64,000 nt of DNA, from positions 1 to 64,000 of the IMG/VR virus record IMGVR_UViG_3300017917_004503, one strand, 5' to 3'. Within the stretch, counting starts at the first letter, position 1; each line of letters opens with the position of its first letter. Below, one piece after another: positions 19,342-27,613 of the stretch. Origin of the DNA: a virus. Made by a program: the position numbers and the translations under genes. The notes beneath the pieces are model-generated. The model was not told where the DNA came from. It saw only the letters and a program-made list of their open reading frames with translations, and did no database searches.

Positions 19342-20091
19342 ATGTCAGGTTTTTTAGAAAAATATAATACAGACGATGTATTTCTTAGGAGCTTAATTAC
19401 AGCTTTTTTAAAATCGCTTAATGATAAGATTACTTACAATCAAATAAACGATCAGCAACAACTTTTACAGGTTTATATCCCATTTTTTTATTCGATGACA
19501 GGAGACGAACCATTTTTACAGGACTTTTTCATCCGATATAAAAATTGTGATACTGATCAATTGATAGCTGAAGGTAACTATGATATTATTCCTAGAGGAG
19601 TCCTTACTTTTACTGGAGCCCAGATAGACACCCAGTCTTTGACCAATAAATTTACCAGAATGTCTTATGCTACTGAGAATTTGCAAGGTGAGATGAAAAC
19701 ATTTTCATCTTATACTAATTCAATCCCTCTTGCTCTGACCTTCAACTGCACAATTAAGGTTGACACTGTTCTGGATTCTTTTAAGATTTTCCAATCTGTT
19801 ATTACAACTTTCTATAAAACGTACCAATTCAGTTTTGAGTATTCTGGATTTAGAATTCCTGTGCAGGTTGGATTCCCTGAAAATTATGAAATTAACAAAC
19901 AGTTTGAGTTTACCTACCAGAATAATCCTCAATTCATAGATTTTTCTTTTATACTTGCAATTGAAACGTATTTCCCAGAAAAAGATCTGTCTACAGAAAG
20001 ATTTAGAGGTAACCTTATGCAAGCAGGTATTATCATGCAACAGGAGTTTGCAGAAGGGATATCACAAAAGATTAACAACGAGATTCTATAA
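19342..20091 (+). CDS. Tail terminator/sheath stabiliser (T4 gp15-like)
   Basis: IPRG..F....D, IPLAL.F...I....D.FKI...F pattern as in gp15-like proteins; position in tail module. Confidence 0.55.
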   Translation: MSGFLEKYNTDDVFLRSLITAFLKSLNDKITYNQINDQQQLLQVYIPFFYSMTGDEPFLQDFFIRYKNCDTDQLIAEGNYDIIPRGVLTFTGAQIDTQSLTNKFTRMSYATENLQGEMKTFSSYTNSIPLALTFNCTIKVDTVLDSFKIFQSVITTFYKTYQFSFEYSGFRIPVQVGFPENYEINKQFEFTYQNNPQFIDFSFILAIETYFPEKDLSTERFRGNLMQAGIIMQQEFAEGISQKINNEIL

Positions 20092-20129
20092 GAGAAGTAT
20101 TTTTCTTGATTTTATCTTTTTATTGCTTG

Positions 20130-20137
20130 AATATATA
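20130..20137 (+). promoter_or_regulatory. Late promoter motif inside a 12-bp inverted repeat
   Basis: AATATATA before GTG 20157. Confidence 0.65.
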
Positions 20138-20156
20138 CAATAAAAAGATCACAAAA

Positions 20157-20453
20157 GTGGCAAATGATGTTAGTCTAAATCTTAATTTACTTAATTCTAG
20201 AATCATTGACGGTAGTAATAGCCAGACCCAAGACCAATTGTATTTCGTAGGGACTGGAAACAACTATGTTAAAAAGGTGGATTCTAGTACCTCTATCCAG
20301 GTGAAGCAGTCTGGTAATTTTTACCAAAATACAAACCCGGTTGGTAGTAAATTTTCTGATATTCTCGACGGTGGGGATTCAAGCAGAAGTGAACAACAAT
20401 TTTTGGCTCCGATTGTGGGTGGGGTTGACCCGGTAAATAAAAACGGAATTTAA
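20157..20453 (+). CDS. Small hypothetical late (virion) protein
   Basis: GTG 20157 lies just downstream of late motif 20130; ILDGGDS resembles fibre-associated motifs. Confidence 0.5.
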   Translation: MANDVSLNLNLLNSRIIDGSNSQTQDQLYFVGTGNNYVKKVDSSTSIQVKQSGNFYQNTNPVGSKFSDILDGGDSSRSEQQFLAPIVGGVDPVNKNGI

Positions 20454-20467
20454 AATAAACTGAAAAA

Positions 20468-21265
20468 ATGGCATTTAGAATTCAAATCAGAAGAGACGAA
20501 TCTGCAAAATGGGCAGTCAATAATCCAATTTTGCTAGAAGGCGAGATAGGTTATGAAACCAACACTACCTATATGAAAATAGGAGACGGTGTGACACCTT
20601 GGAATAATTTAGGATATTGGCAAGGTGGATTAACTGGTGCCGGATTAGTCGTTAAGAAAAATAACATTACTGTTCAATCCCCAACATCAAATCTTAATTT
20701 TTCTAATGATTTTGTTGTTGTTAGCGGAACTAATTACACTGCAACGGTAGGTTTAGCATCTTCACCTAGTGGTACATCTTTGAGCATATTTGAGGATGGA
20801 GTAGAAGGGTTAACCGGAGCAACTGGATTAAATTTCACAGGTAGAGCCGGAGCAGTAACTACAAACGGAAAAATTGCTAATATTAATCTTTTAGATCCTT
20901 ACAGCTCATACTTCTCAGTGACAGTTCTTCTGAGTGGTGGAAACTTTTCATCTTTTACTTCATCAAGAGGACCTGATGGTAACGCCTTAACCGGATCTCC
21001 GTGGAACTTTACATTAACAAATAGTGGTAATAATATAACGGTAACCCATAACACTGGGGGCAAACCTTTAAATCTTGTGACCTGTGCTACTAATAGTACG
21101 AATGTTTTCATTAAAAATCCTAATGGAACATCAACTGGAGCTTTCTCTTTAGCTTCGAATTTAGCATCTAGCTCTTTCACTGTTTACGGTGTAAATCAAT
21201 CTAATACGGGCGCAGATGCTGCAGGAACTGTTGAAATTGCTTGGACTTTTGGAGCCACTGCTTAA
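20468..21265 (+). CDS. Fibre/receptor-binding protein with Mtd-N (major tropism determinant N-terminal) domain
   Basis: RIQIRRD...W...NPILLEGEIGYET....KIGDGVTPWNNL. Confidence 0.8.
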   Translation: MAFRIQIRRDESAKWAVNNPILLEGEIGYETNTTYMKIGDGVTPWNNLGYWQGGLTGAGLVVKKNNITVQSPTSNLNFSNDFVVVSGTNYTATVGLASSPSGTSLSIFEDGVEGLTGATGLNFTGRAGAVTTNGKIANINLLDPYSSYFSVTVLLSGGNFSSFTSSRGPDGNALTGSPWNFTLTNSGNNITVTHNTGGKPLNLVTCATNSTNVFIKNPNGTSTGAFSLASNLASSSFTVYGVNQSNTGADAAGTVEIAWTFGATA

Positions 21266-21287
21266 TATATTTTATTGCTAAAAAATA

Positions 21288-23864
21288 ATGGATTTTGATA
21301 GATCGTTAATATTTCCTCCTAAACTTTTATACGGGTACACTGTATTCGGCACTATATCTGTTGATCAAACTTACAATGATCCTGGAAATCCTTATAACGG
21401 ATTCCCCTATAGATGGCAACTGAACATAAACGTTTCACCTCAACAACATTCGAATCCCGACACTCCTACCCCTTATATCTATGATGCAAATGACATCACT
21501 GAAGGTATGTGGATTGGCCAAATCAACGGTTACACTTACAAAATAGTTGATATAATTTCTGTAGCAGGGAATGAGAATTTAGTTGTTATAGTAGAAGATA
21601 CTGATTTTTTAAATTTAATAGCTTCTCCTGAACAAACTGGAAACAATGCTCCGTATGAGGATTTGCCTTTATTAATATTTAATTTGGATGACAACGGAAA
21701 TCCAATATTGAATCCGATCCAATCTCAAAGCAGTCAGCTTCCTGATTATTCCTACTGGATAAATGACATTGAATCTAGATTTAGATTTAGAAACTATTAT
21801 CAAAAATTTTTTTATATTCCACCTGGAGAAAATCCAACTGGATTGACAGGTGGAGACCCTGTTTACTTATCTGTGAACTCAACCTTCATTAAGGTTGATT
21901 CTACAAATCAGGACCAGGTCGATAAACTTTTTGGTTTTGTTAGTGGTGGAAATTTACCCCTACCTGGACATCTTACAGTAACTCCTTCTGGTAAATACTC
22001 AACAGATTTACCAAATCTTCCTGGTGTAACTGGTGACGTTTTATATCTAGACACTGTTTCTGGGAGCAATAATCTTACTAACGTAAAACCTGCTACAGGA
22101 CCGGTTAAACCGGTTTATATTAAAATTACGGACACTACAGGATTACTATTAACATCTGGAGGCGGAGGTGGAGGCGGAGGAAACGATATAGCGGTCTATG
22201 ACTCTTCTAATGTTGAAGTGACTCCCGGTGTAACTGGTTTCAAGTTTGATGGTGATGCAGTTGTTACAGCATCTGGTGATTTCGTAACAGTTACTGTAAA
22301 CTCTGGATCTAGTGGTTCATCAGGATCTAGTGGTTCGTCAGGATCTAGCGGTTCATCAGGAACTAGTGGTTCGTCAGGATCTAGCGGTTCATCAGGAACT
22401 AGTGGTTCGTCTGGATCGTCCGGATCTAGTGGCTCGTCCGGATCTAGTGGCTCGTCCGGGTCATCAGGATCCTCTGGAAACACTGGTCCGACCGGATCTG
22501 TTGGAGCTACCGGAGCGGGGGTTCCTACTGGAGGTGCAACTGGACAGTTTTTAGTAAAGTCATCAGGTGCAGATTATGCAACCGAATGGCAGGATTTAGT
22601 TCCTTCTGGAGCTATCTATCAGTTTGGTGCAACATCTGGATTCCCTGCAACCGGTTCAACCGCTGCTCTTTATATTTCAACAGGAACTAATGAAGGTTGG
22701 TACTGGACAGGGACAGCATATAAGGCACTTAGTCAATATGATAGCGACATAACAGTTTCTTTATCAGGAGGAAAAACTTTAGGAAGATATAGCACCGGAC
22801 AAACCATACCAGCAACGGGAAAAACCCCAAAAGACGTCATTCAATTATTGGCTGTTGAACCTATCAATCCTACAGTTTCATTAACTTCTTCGACTACCAT
22901 TGCTTTTAATCAAACCGCAATTAACAATGTACTGAATTTGAGTTATACCATTAATAGTTTGGGTGCAACGATATCAACATGTTCACTTGAGTGGAGAAGA
23001 GGTGGAGTTGGATCTTGGACTGTTTTATCAACATCAACGACAACTCCAACTACATATACCCATAGTTTAACAGATACTAATTATAACACACTAGCTTTTA
23101 ATTATAGATATATTGTCACTGACACTGTCGGTGGAACCACAACTGCAACACTTAACATTACTCCAGCTTCTTACGTTGCACCTAGTATTTCATTAACAGT
23201 TGCTGGAGTTACACTCACCTCCCCAGAGACGAATTCGACGAGAGAAAAAGGTAACGTTGATACGAATCTAAGCGGAACCGTCACTAGAAATAGTGCGAAT
23301 GTAGCCCTTACTAGTTATACCCTACAATTTCAGGTAAATGGTGGAGCTTTCAGTGATATAGGTAGTCCTGTTTCAATTGGACCTGGTACTAGCTCTATTC
23401 CTCTAACCAATCACAATCCTGTAGCTAATAACACTGCTAATACTATAGGATATAGAGTAAAAGTTATTGACGATTATCAGACCTATTTAGGATCACAGGT
23501 TTATTCTTCTACTTCAACAGTTACGTTTCTTAATCTTATTTTCTATGGTCCAAGCTCAACAGTTCCGACAACATCAGCTAACGTTAGAGCTTTAGGTAGT
23601 AGAATATTCACGACCGGAAGCAATCCTTTTAATTTAAATACAGGAAATACACTTGTTAATTTCACAGCTGCTATGCCAAATACTTTATCAATTACACAGG
23701 TGATAGATTTAGACGCTTTAAATGCTAATATTACGTCTAGTTATATTAACAATCCATTTAACGTTAATGACGCTGCAGGCAATGCTACAGCTTATAAGGT
23801 ATATACAATGACAATTGCTTCACCTTATTCAACAGACCATAGACATCAAATAACTAGAGCTTAA
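21288..23864 (+). CDS. Virion fibre protein with central (GSS/GTS)n repeat and Thr-rich beta domains
   Basis: Gly-X-Y Ser repeat at 22305-22478; Ig/FN3-like Thr-rich C-terminal half; in tail module. Confidence 0.65.
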   Translation: MDFDRSLIFPPKLLYGYTVFGTISVDQTYNDPGNPYNGFPYRWQLNINVSPQQHSNPDTPTPYIYDANDITEGMWIGQINGYTYKIVDIISVAGNENLVVIVEDTDFLNLIASPEQTGNNAPYEDLPLLIFNLDDNGNPILNPIQSQSSQLPDYSYWINDIESRFRFRNYYQKFFYIPPGENPTGLTGGDPVYLSVNSTFIKVDSTNQDQVDKLFGFVSGGNLPLPGHLTVTPSGKYSTDLPNLPGVTGDVLYLDTVSGSNNLTNVKPATGPVKPVYIKITDTTGLLLTSGGGGGGGGNDIAVYDSSNVEVTPGVTGFKFDGDAVVTASGDFVTVTVNSGSSGSSGSSGSSGSSGSSGTSGSSGSSGSSGTSGSSGSSGSSGSSGSSGSSGSSGSSGNTGPTGSVGATGAGVPTGGATGQFLVKSSGADYATEWQDLVPSGAIYQFGATSGFPATGSTAALYISTGTNEGWYWTGTAYKALSQYDSDITVSLSGGKTLGRYSTGQTIPATGKTPKDVIQLLAVEPINPTVSLTSSTTIAFNQTAINNVLNLSYTINSLGATISTCSLEWRRGGVGSWTVLSTSTTTPTTYTHSLTDTNYNTLAFNYRYIVTDTVGGTTTATLNITPASYVAPSISLTVAGVTLTSPETNSTREKGNVDTNLSGTVTRNSANVALTSYTLQFQVNGGAFSDIGSPVSIGPGTSSIPLTNHNPVANNTANTIGYRVKVIDDYQTYLGSQVYSSTSTVTFLNLIFYGPSSTVPTTSANVRALGSRIFTTGSNPFNLNTGNTLVNFTAAMPNTLSITQVIDLDALNANITSSYINNPFNVNDAAGNATAYKVYTMTIASPYSTDHRHQITRA
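22305..22478 (+). repeat. Coding tandem repeat (GSS/GTS triplets)
   Basis: 9/18/27-bp degenerate units such as GGATCTAGTGGTTCATCA. Confidence 0.9.
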
Positions 23865-23865
23865 G

Positions 23866-26800
23866 ATGCCATTAACACCAGGATTACAATTACCCTTTGG
23901 AGTACAACCAGTCAACCCTGTACCGGTTGACACATACTCTGGCCCTTATTCGGGAGTAACTGAATCAGCTGCTCTGAGCTCTGCAAATTCTTCTATACCT
24001 GGAGCTTTAAGATTTCAGTCTTTAGAAGTTAGATTAATATACGGTCCAACCGGATCTGCAGTACCCTATAAATATTGGTATTATGGTGGAACCGGGGATA
24101 GTGATTTAGTTCTTTTTTCAGCTGGTGGATCTGGTGTAACAGGACCAACTGGAGCATCTGGTAGCTCTGGATCATCTGGTAGCTCTGGATCATCTGGTAG
24201 CTCTGGATCATCTGGTAGCTCTGGATCATCTGGAACATCAGGAAGCTCCGGAACATCAGGAAGCTCTGGAACATCAGGAAGCTCTGGAACATCAGGAAGC
24301 TCTGGAACATCAGGATCTAGTGGCTCGTCCGGAACATCTGGTTCGTCAGGTTCTAGTGGTTCAGCAGGAACATCTGGTTCGTCAGGTTCTAGTGGTTCAG
24401 CAGGAACATCTGGATTGTCCGGAGCAACTGGAACCTCTGGATCTAGTGGATCTACCGGAACATCAGGATCATCAGGAACTTCTGGATCTAGTGGATCATC
24501 AGGAACCTCTGGATCATCAGGAACCTCTGGATCTAATGGATCATCAGGATCATCAGGATCATCAGGAACCTCTGGATCATCAGGATCATCAGGAACCTCT
24601 GGATCATCAGGATCATCAGGAACCTCTGGATCTTCAGGATCATCAGGAACCTCTGGATCTTCAGGAACCTCTGGATCTAATGGATCTTCAGGATCATCAG
24701 GATCATCAGGTACTTCTGGATCTTCAGGATCATCAGGTACTTCTGGATCATCAGGATCCTCTGGAACTAGCGGTGTTACTGGTCCAACCGGAGCTAATGG
24801 TATATCTGCTGGACAAGTTTATTATTTCAATGAAAGCCAAAATTCTGATGTATCTGGATATAAGGTTTTATCTATAACCCCGAGTGGGGCAGCTGAACAA
24901 ACAGTAACTACGAATTTAACAGGTCTTCAGCAGAATGTTTTGATTTCTGATTATATTACACCTCAGCTTGGATTTAACGTTATACCTGCAGGAAATCAAA
25001 GATTTCATATTCATCTTTTAAAACCAGCTTCTAACGATAATATTTCTTTGTATGTAGAGATCCAGTTGGCGAATTCGTCTGGAACCCCAATAGGTCCAAC
25101 GATAACATCTAGCGTTGCATCTGTTGGTTGGGTTAGTTCAATAGTTCCAGATACTGTTGAGACTGACATCACTTTATCTACAACTACCATAGATCCAACT
25201 AATAGAATGATAGTTAGACTCTATCTTAATAATAACGACGCAACATCTCACAGCGTTGTATATTATACGGAAGGATCATCATACTATTCTTTCGTTCAAA
25301 CGTCGGTTGGAGCTATAGCAGGAACTAGCGGAACTTCTGGCTCGTCCGGATCATCAGGAAGTTCTGGCTCGTCCGGATCATCAGGAAGTTCTGGCTCATC
25401 AGGAAGTTCTGGATCTAGTGGTCAAGATGGTATTTCTGGAGGTAGACCTTACTTTTTCAATCAGTCTGTTACGCAGACCCCGTTATCATATAAACAACTT
25501 GGACAAAATACTACTGGAGGTATTCAGCAAACAGTAGTCACTAATTTAACATCAAACCAACAAAATGTTTTAGTTGAAAGTTTCATAACTGATGTCGATG
25601 ACCCGTATCTTCTTTTAATCCCACAGGGATTATGGCATTCTTATGTTTATTGGACAAAACCAGCACAAAATGATAATATAACTTATTATTTTACTGTAAC
25701 TAAAAGAACATCAGGAGGGACAGAAACTCTATTGTTTACATCCGATAATAAACAAATTGGATGGGATACTAATAACACTACTCCGGTTGAGGTTGTTGCG
25801 AATGGTGTTGTTCCAACTAACACGTTAAACCTTACCGATAGAATTATAGTAAGTCTATATCTGAATAATAATGAAAATTCCAGTAAAACAGTTACCTTTT
25901 ATACTGAAAATGCAACTTATTCATACATTATAACAACTTTAACAACTCCTTCTGGTACTTCGGGGTCGTCCGGTACTTCAGGGTCTAGTGGCTCTTCAGG
26001 AAGCTCTGGTACTTCTGGATCTAGTGGCTCTTCTGGCACTAGAGGTTCATCTGGTTCATCAGGCACATCTGGTTCATCAGGCACATCTGGTTCATCAGGC
26101 ACATCTGGTTCATCAGGTACTTCTGGACTTGCTGGTATATCAGGGATCAATGGATCTGATGGATCCTCAGGATCCTCAGGTTCTAGTGGAGTGACCGGTG
26201 CATCAGGGTCTTCTGGAAGCAGCGGATCTAGCGGAACGTCTGGATCTTCTGGAAGCAGCGGAACGTCTGGATCTTCTGGAAGCAGCGGAACGTCTGGATC
26301 TAGTGGAACATCCGGGTCTAACGGGTCTTCTGGAAGCAGCGGATCTAGTGGAACTTCAGGATCTAGTGGAACATCTGGATCTTCTGGAAGCAGTGGAACC
26401 TCAGGCTCTTCTGGTTCTAGTGGAACCTCAGGATCTTCTGGAATTAGTGGTTCACAGGGACCAACCGGTTCTACTGGATCTGTTAGCGGACTTGTTCAAT
26501 ATGCAGGTTTAACTTTTACCAGTGGACCTGGATCAGATCTACAAACAATATATAATACCTCTTTGGATCCATCAATAACAGTAGGTACTACCGTAGGCGG
26601 TATAGCAGCTGGTACTACCGCAGGATTTTTATTTGGAAAAAATTTAGTCCAACTTTTTGATGACATATTATTTCCAACTTTATTGCCAACTTACACAATA
26701 CCAACTATAACTTTAACTTCTTCTGTTACTGGAATTTATGAAATCGGAGCTACACTATCTCCAAACCTAACAGCTTCTGGAACTAAAAATGATGCTGGAG

Positions 26801-27513
26801 CTTTTAGTTATCTTGGTATTTCTAGATTACCTAATGGAACTAGTGCGGTCCAAATTGGATCTACTGGATCACCAACGATAGCCTCTGCTACAGCAATACC
26901 GTCACAATTTGGATATGCTAGTCCTAATAACCCGAATTATTCTTATAGCTTCATAAAGGGTGATTCACTCACTGGTCCAGCTCCACTTTCAGGAAATAAT
27001 AGTACATTAGTTTATTCTGCAACTGGTAGCTATAGTGCAGGTTTAGCTAAGCAGAATAATAAAGGTGCAACAGATACACGCACTCCTTTAGTCAGAAGTA
27101 CCAGCGCTCCTCAAGATTCTTCAACGAATTTTGCTGCTTCAAATGTAACTTTGACCGGATATTATCCATATTATTACGGTAAAAGTTCAACACAGCAAAC
27201 AGCTTCTAACATCGTGTCTATCATTCAAAGCGGAACTGGATTTACTAAAGTCGTTGCATCTGGATCTGGATCTTTATCTATGGCTTTCAACGCTTCTAGT
27301 GAATGGCCTTGGTTTGCAATTTTCAGCGGATATTCAACTAAAACAGCTTGGTATGAAACACCTTTAAATAACGGAAGTATTGGATCTCCGACAGATTTGT
27401 TTGCTTCGCCAACGACACTTTCGATTATTTCGCCTGATGGTTATTGGGTTGTTACTTATAAAGTTTACCCTTCAAATAAAATAACCACATTGGGTACAGC
27501 CTCAATTTCTTAA
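23866..27513 (+). CDS. Long fibre protein with three (GSS/GTS)n blocks and an internally duplicated globular domain
   Basis: Repeat blocks at about 24151-24773, 25321-25422, 25954-26460; duplicated domain YYFNES..YKVL..EQTVTTNLT..QQNVL / YFFNQS..YKQL..QQTVVTNLT..QQNVL. Confidence 0.7.
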   Translation: MPLTPGLQLPFGVQPVNPVPVDTYSGPYSGVTESAALSSANSSIPGALRFQSLEVRLIYGPTGSAVPYKYWYYGGTGDSDLVLFSAGGSGVTGPTGASGSSGSSGSSGSSGSSGSSGSSGSSGTSGSSGTSGSSGTSGSSGTSGSSGTSGSSGSSGTSGSSGSSGSAGTSGSSGSSGSAGTSGLSGATGTSGSSGSTGTSGSSGTSGSSGSSGTSGSSGTSGSNGSSGSSGSSGTSGSSGSSGTSGSSGSSGTSGSSGSSGTSGSSGTSGSNGSSGSSGSSGTSGSSGSSGTSGSSGSSGTSGVTGPTGANGISAGQVYYFNESQNSDVSGYKVLSITPSGAAEQTVTTNLTGLQQNVLISDYITPQLGFNVIPAGNQRFHIHLLKPASNDNISLYVEIQLANSSGTPIGPTITSSVASVGWVSSIVPDTVETDITLSTTTIDPTNRMIVRLYLNNNDATSHSVVYYTEGSSYYSFVQTSVGAIAGTSGTSGSSGSSGSSGSSGSSGSSGSSGSSGSSGQDGISGGRPYFFNQSVTQTPLSYKQLGQNTTGGIQQTVVTNLTSNQQNVLVESFITDVDDPYLLLIPQGLWHSYVYWTKPAQNDNITYYFTVTKRTSGGTETLLFTSDNKQIGWDTNNTTPVEVVANGVVPTNTLNLTDRIIVSLYLNNNENSSKTVTFYTENATYSYIITTLTTPSGTSGSSGTSGSSGSSGSSGTSGSSGSSGTRGSSGSSGTSGSSGTSGSSGTSGSSGTSGLAGISGINGSDGSSGSSGSSGVTGASGSSGSSGSSGTSGSSGSSGTSGSSGSSGTSGSSGTSGSNGSSGSSGSSGTSGSSGTSGSSGSSGTSGSSGSSGTSGSSGISGSQGPTGSTGSVSGLVQYAGLTFTSGPGSDLQTIYNTSLDPSITVGTTVGGIAAGTTAGFLFGKNLVQLFDDILFPTLLPTYTIPTITLTSSVTGIYEIGATLSPNLTASGTKNDAGAFSYLGISRLPNGTSAVQIGSTGSPTIASATAIPSQFGYASPNNPNYSYSFIKGDSLTGPAPLSGNNSTLVYSATGSYSAGLAKQNNKGATDTRTPLVRSTSAPQDSSTNFAASNVTLTGYYPYYYGKSSTQQTASNIVSIIQSGTGFTKVVASGSGSLSMAFNASSEWPWFAIFSGYSTKTAWYETPLNNGSIGSPTDLFASPTTLSIISPDGYWVVTYKVYPSNKITTLGTASIS
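24151..24773 (+). repeat. Coding tandem repeat (GSS/GTS), includes 4 perfect 18-bp units
   Basis: GGTAGCTCTGGATCATCT x4 at 24160-24231, then GGAACATCAGGAAGCTCT units. Confidence 0.92.
25954..26460 (+). repeat. Coding tandem repeat (GSS/GTS)
   Basis: GGCACATCTGGTTCATCA and GGAAGCAGCGGAACGTCTGGATCTTCT units. Confidence 0.9.
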
Positions 27514-27557
27514 TTTTCTTGTTAATCTGATTATTCTATGGAAGAGTTGGAAACCTG

Positions 27558-27565
27558 AATATATA
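27558..27565 (+). promoter_or_regulatory. Late promoter motif
   Basis: AATATATA before S74 fibre gene. Confidence 0.6.
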
Positions 27566-27613
27566 GTATTGAATAAATCAACAAAACAAATAAGACCGAA
27601 CTCCCTGTAATAT

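Noticed and set aside
20468-21265. Diversity-generating retroelement suggested by Mtd-N domain
   Set aside because: No reverse transcriptase and no TR/VR pair seen in the window; Mtd-N is a generic fibre anchor
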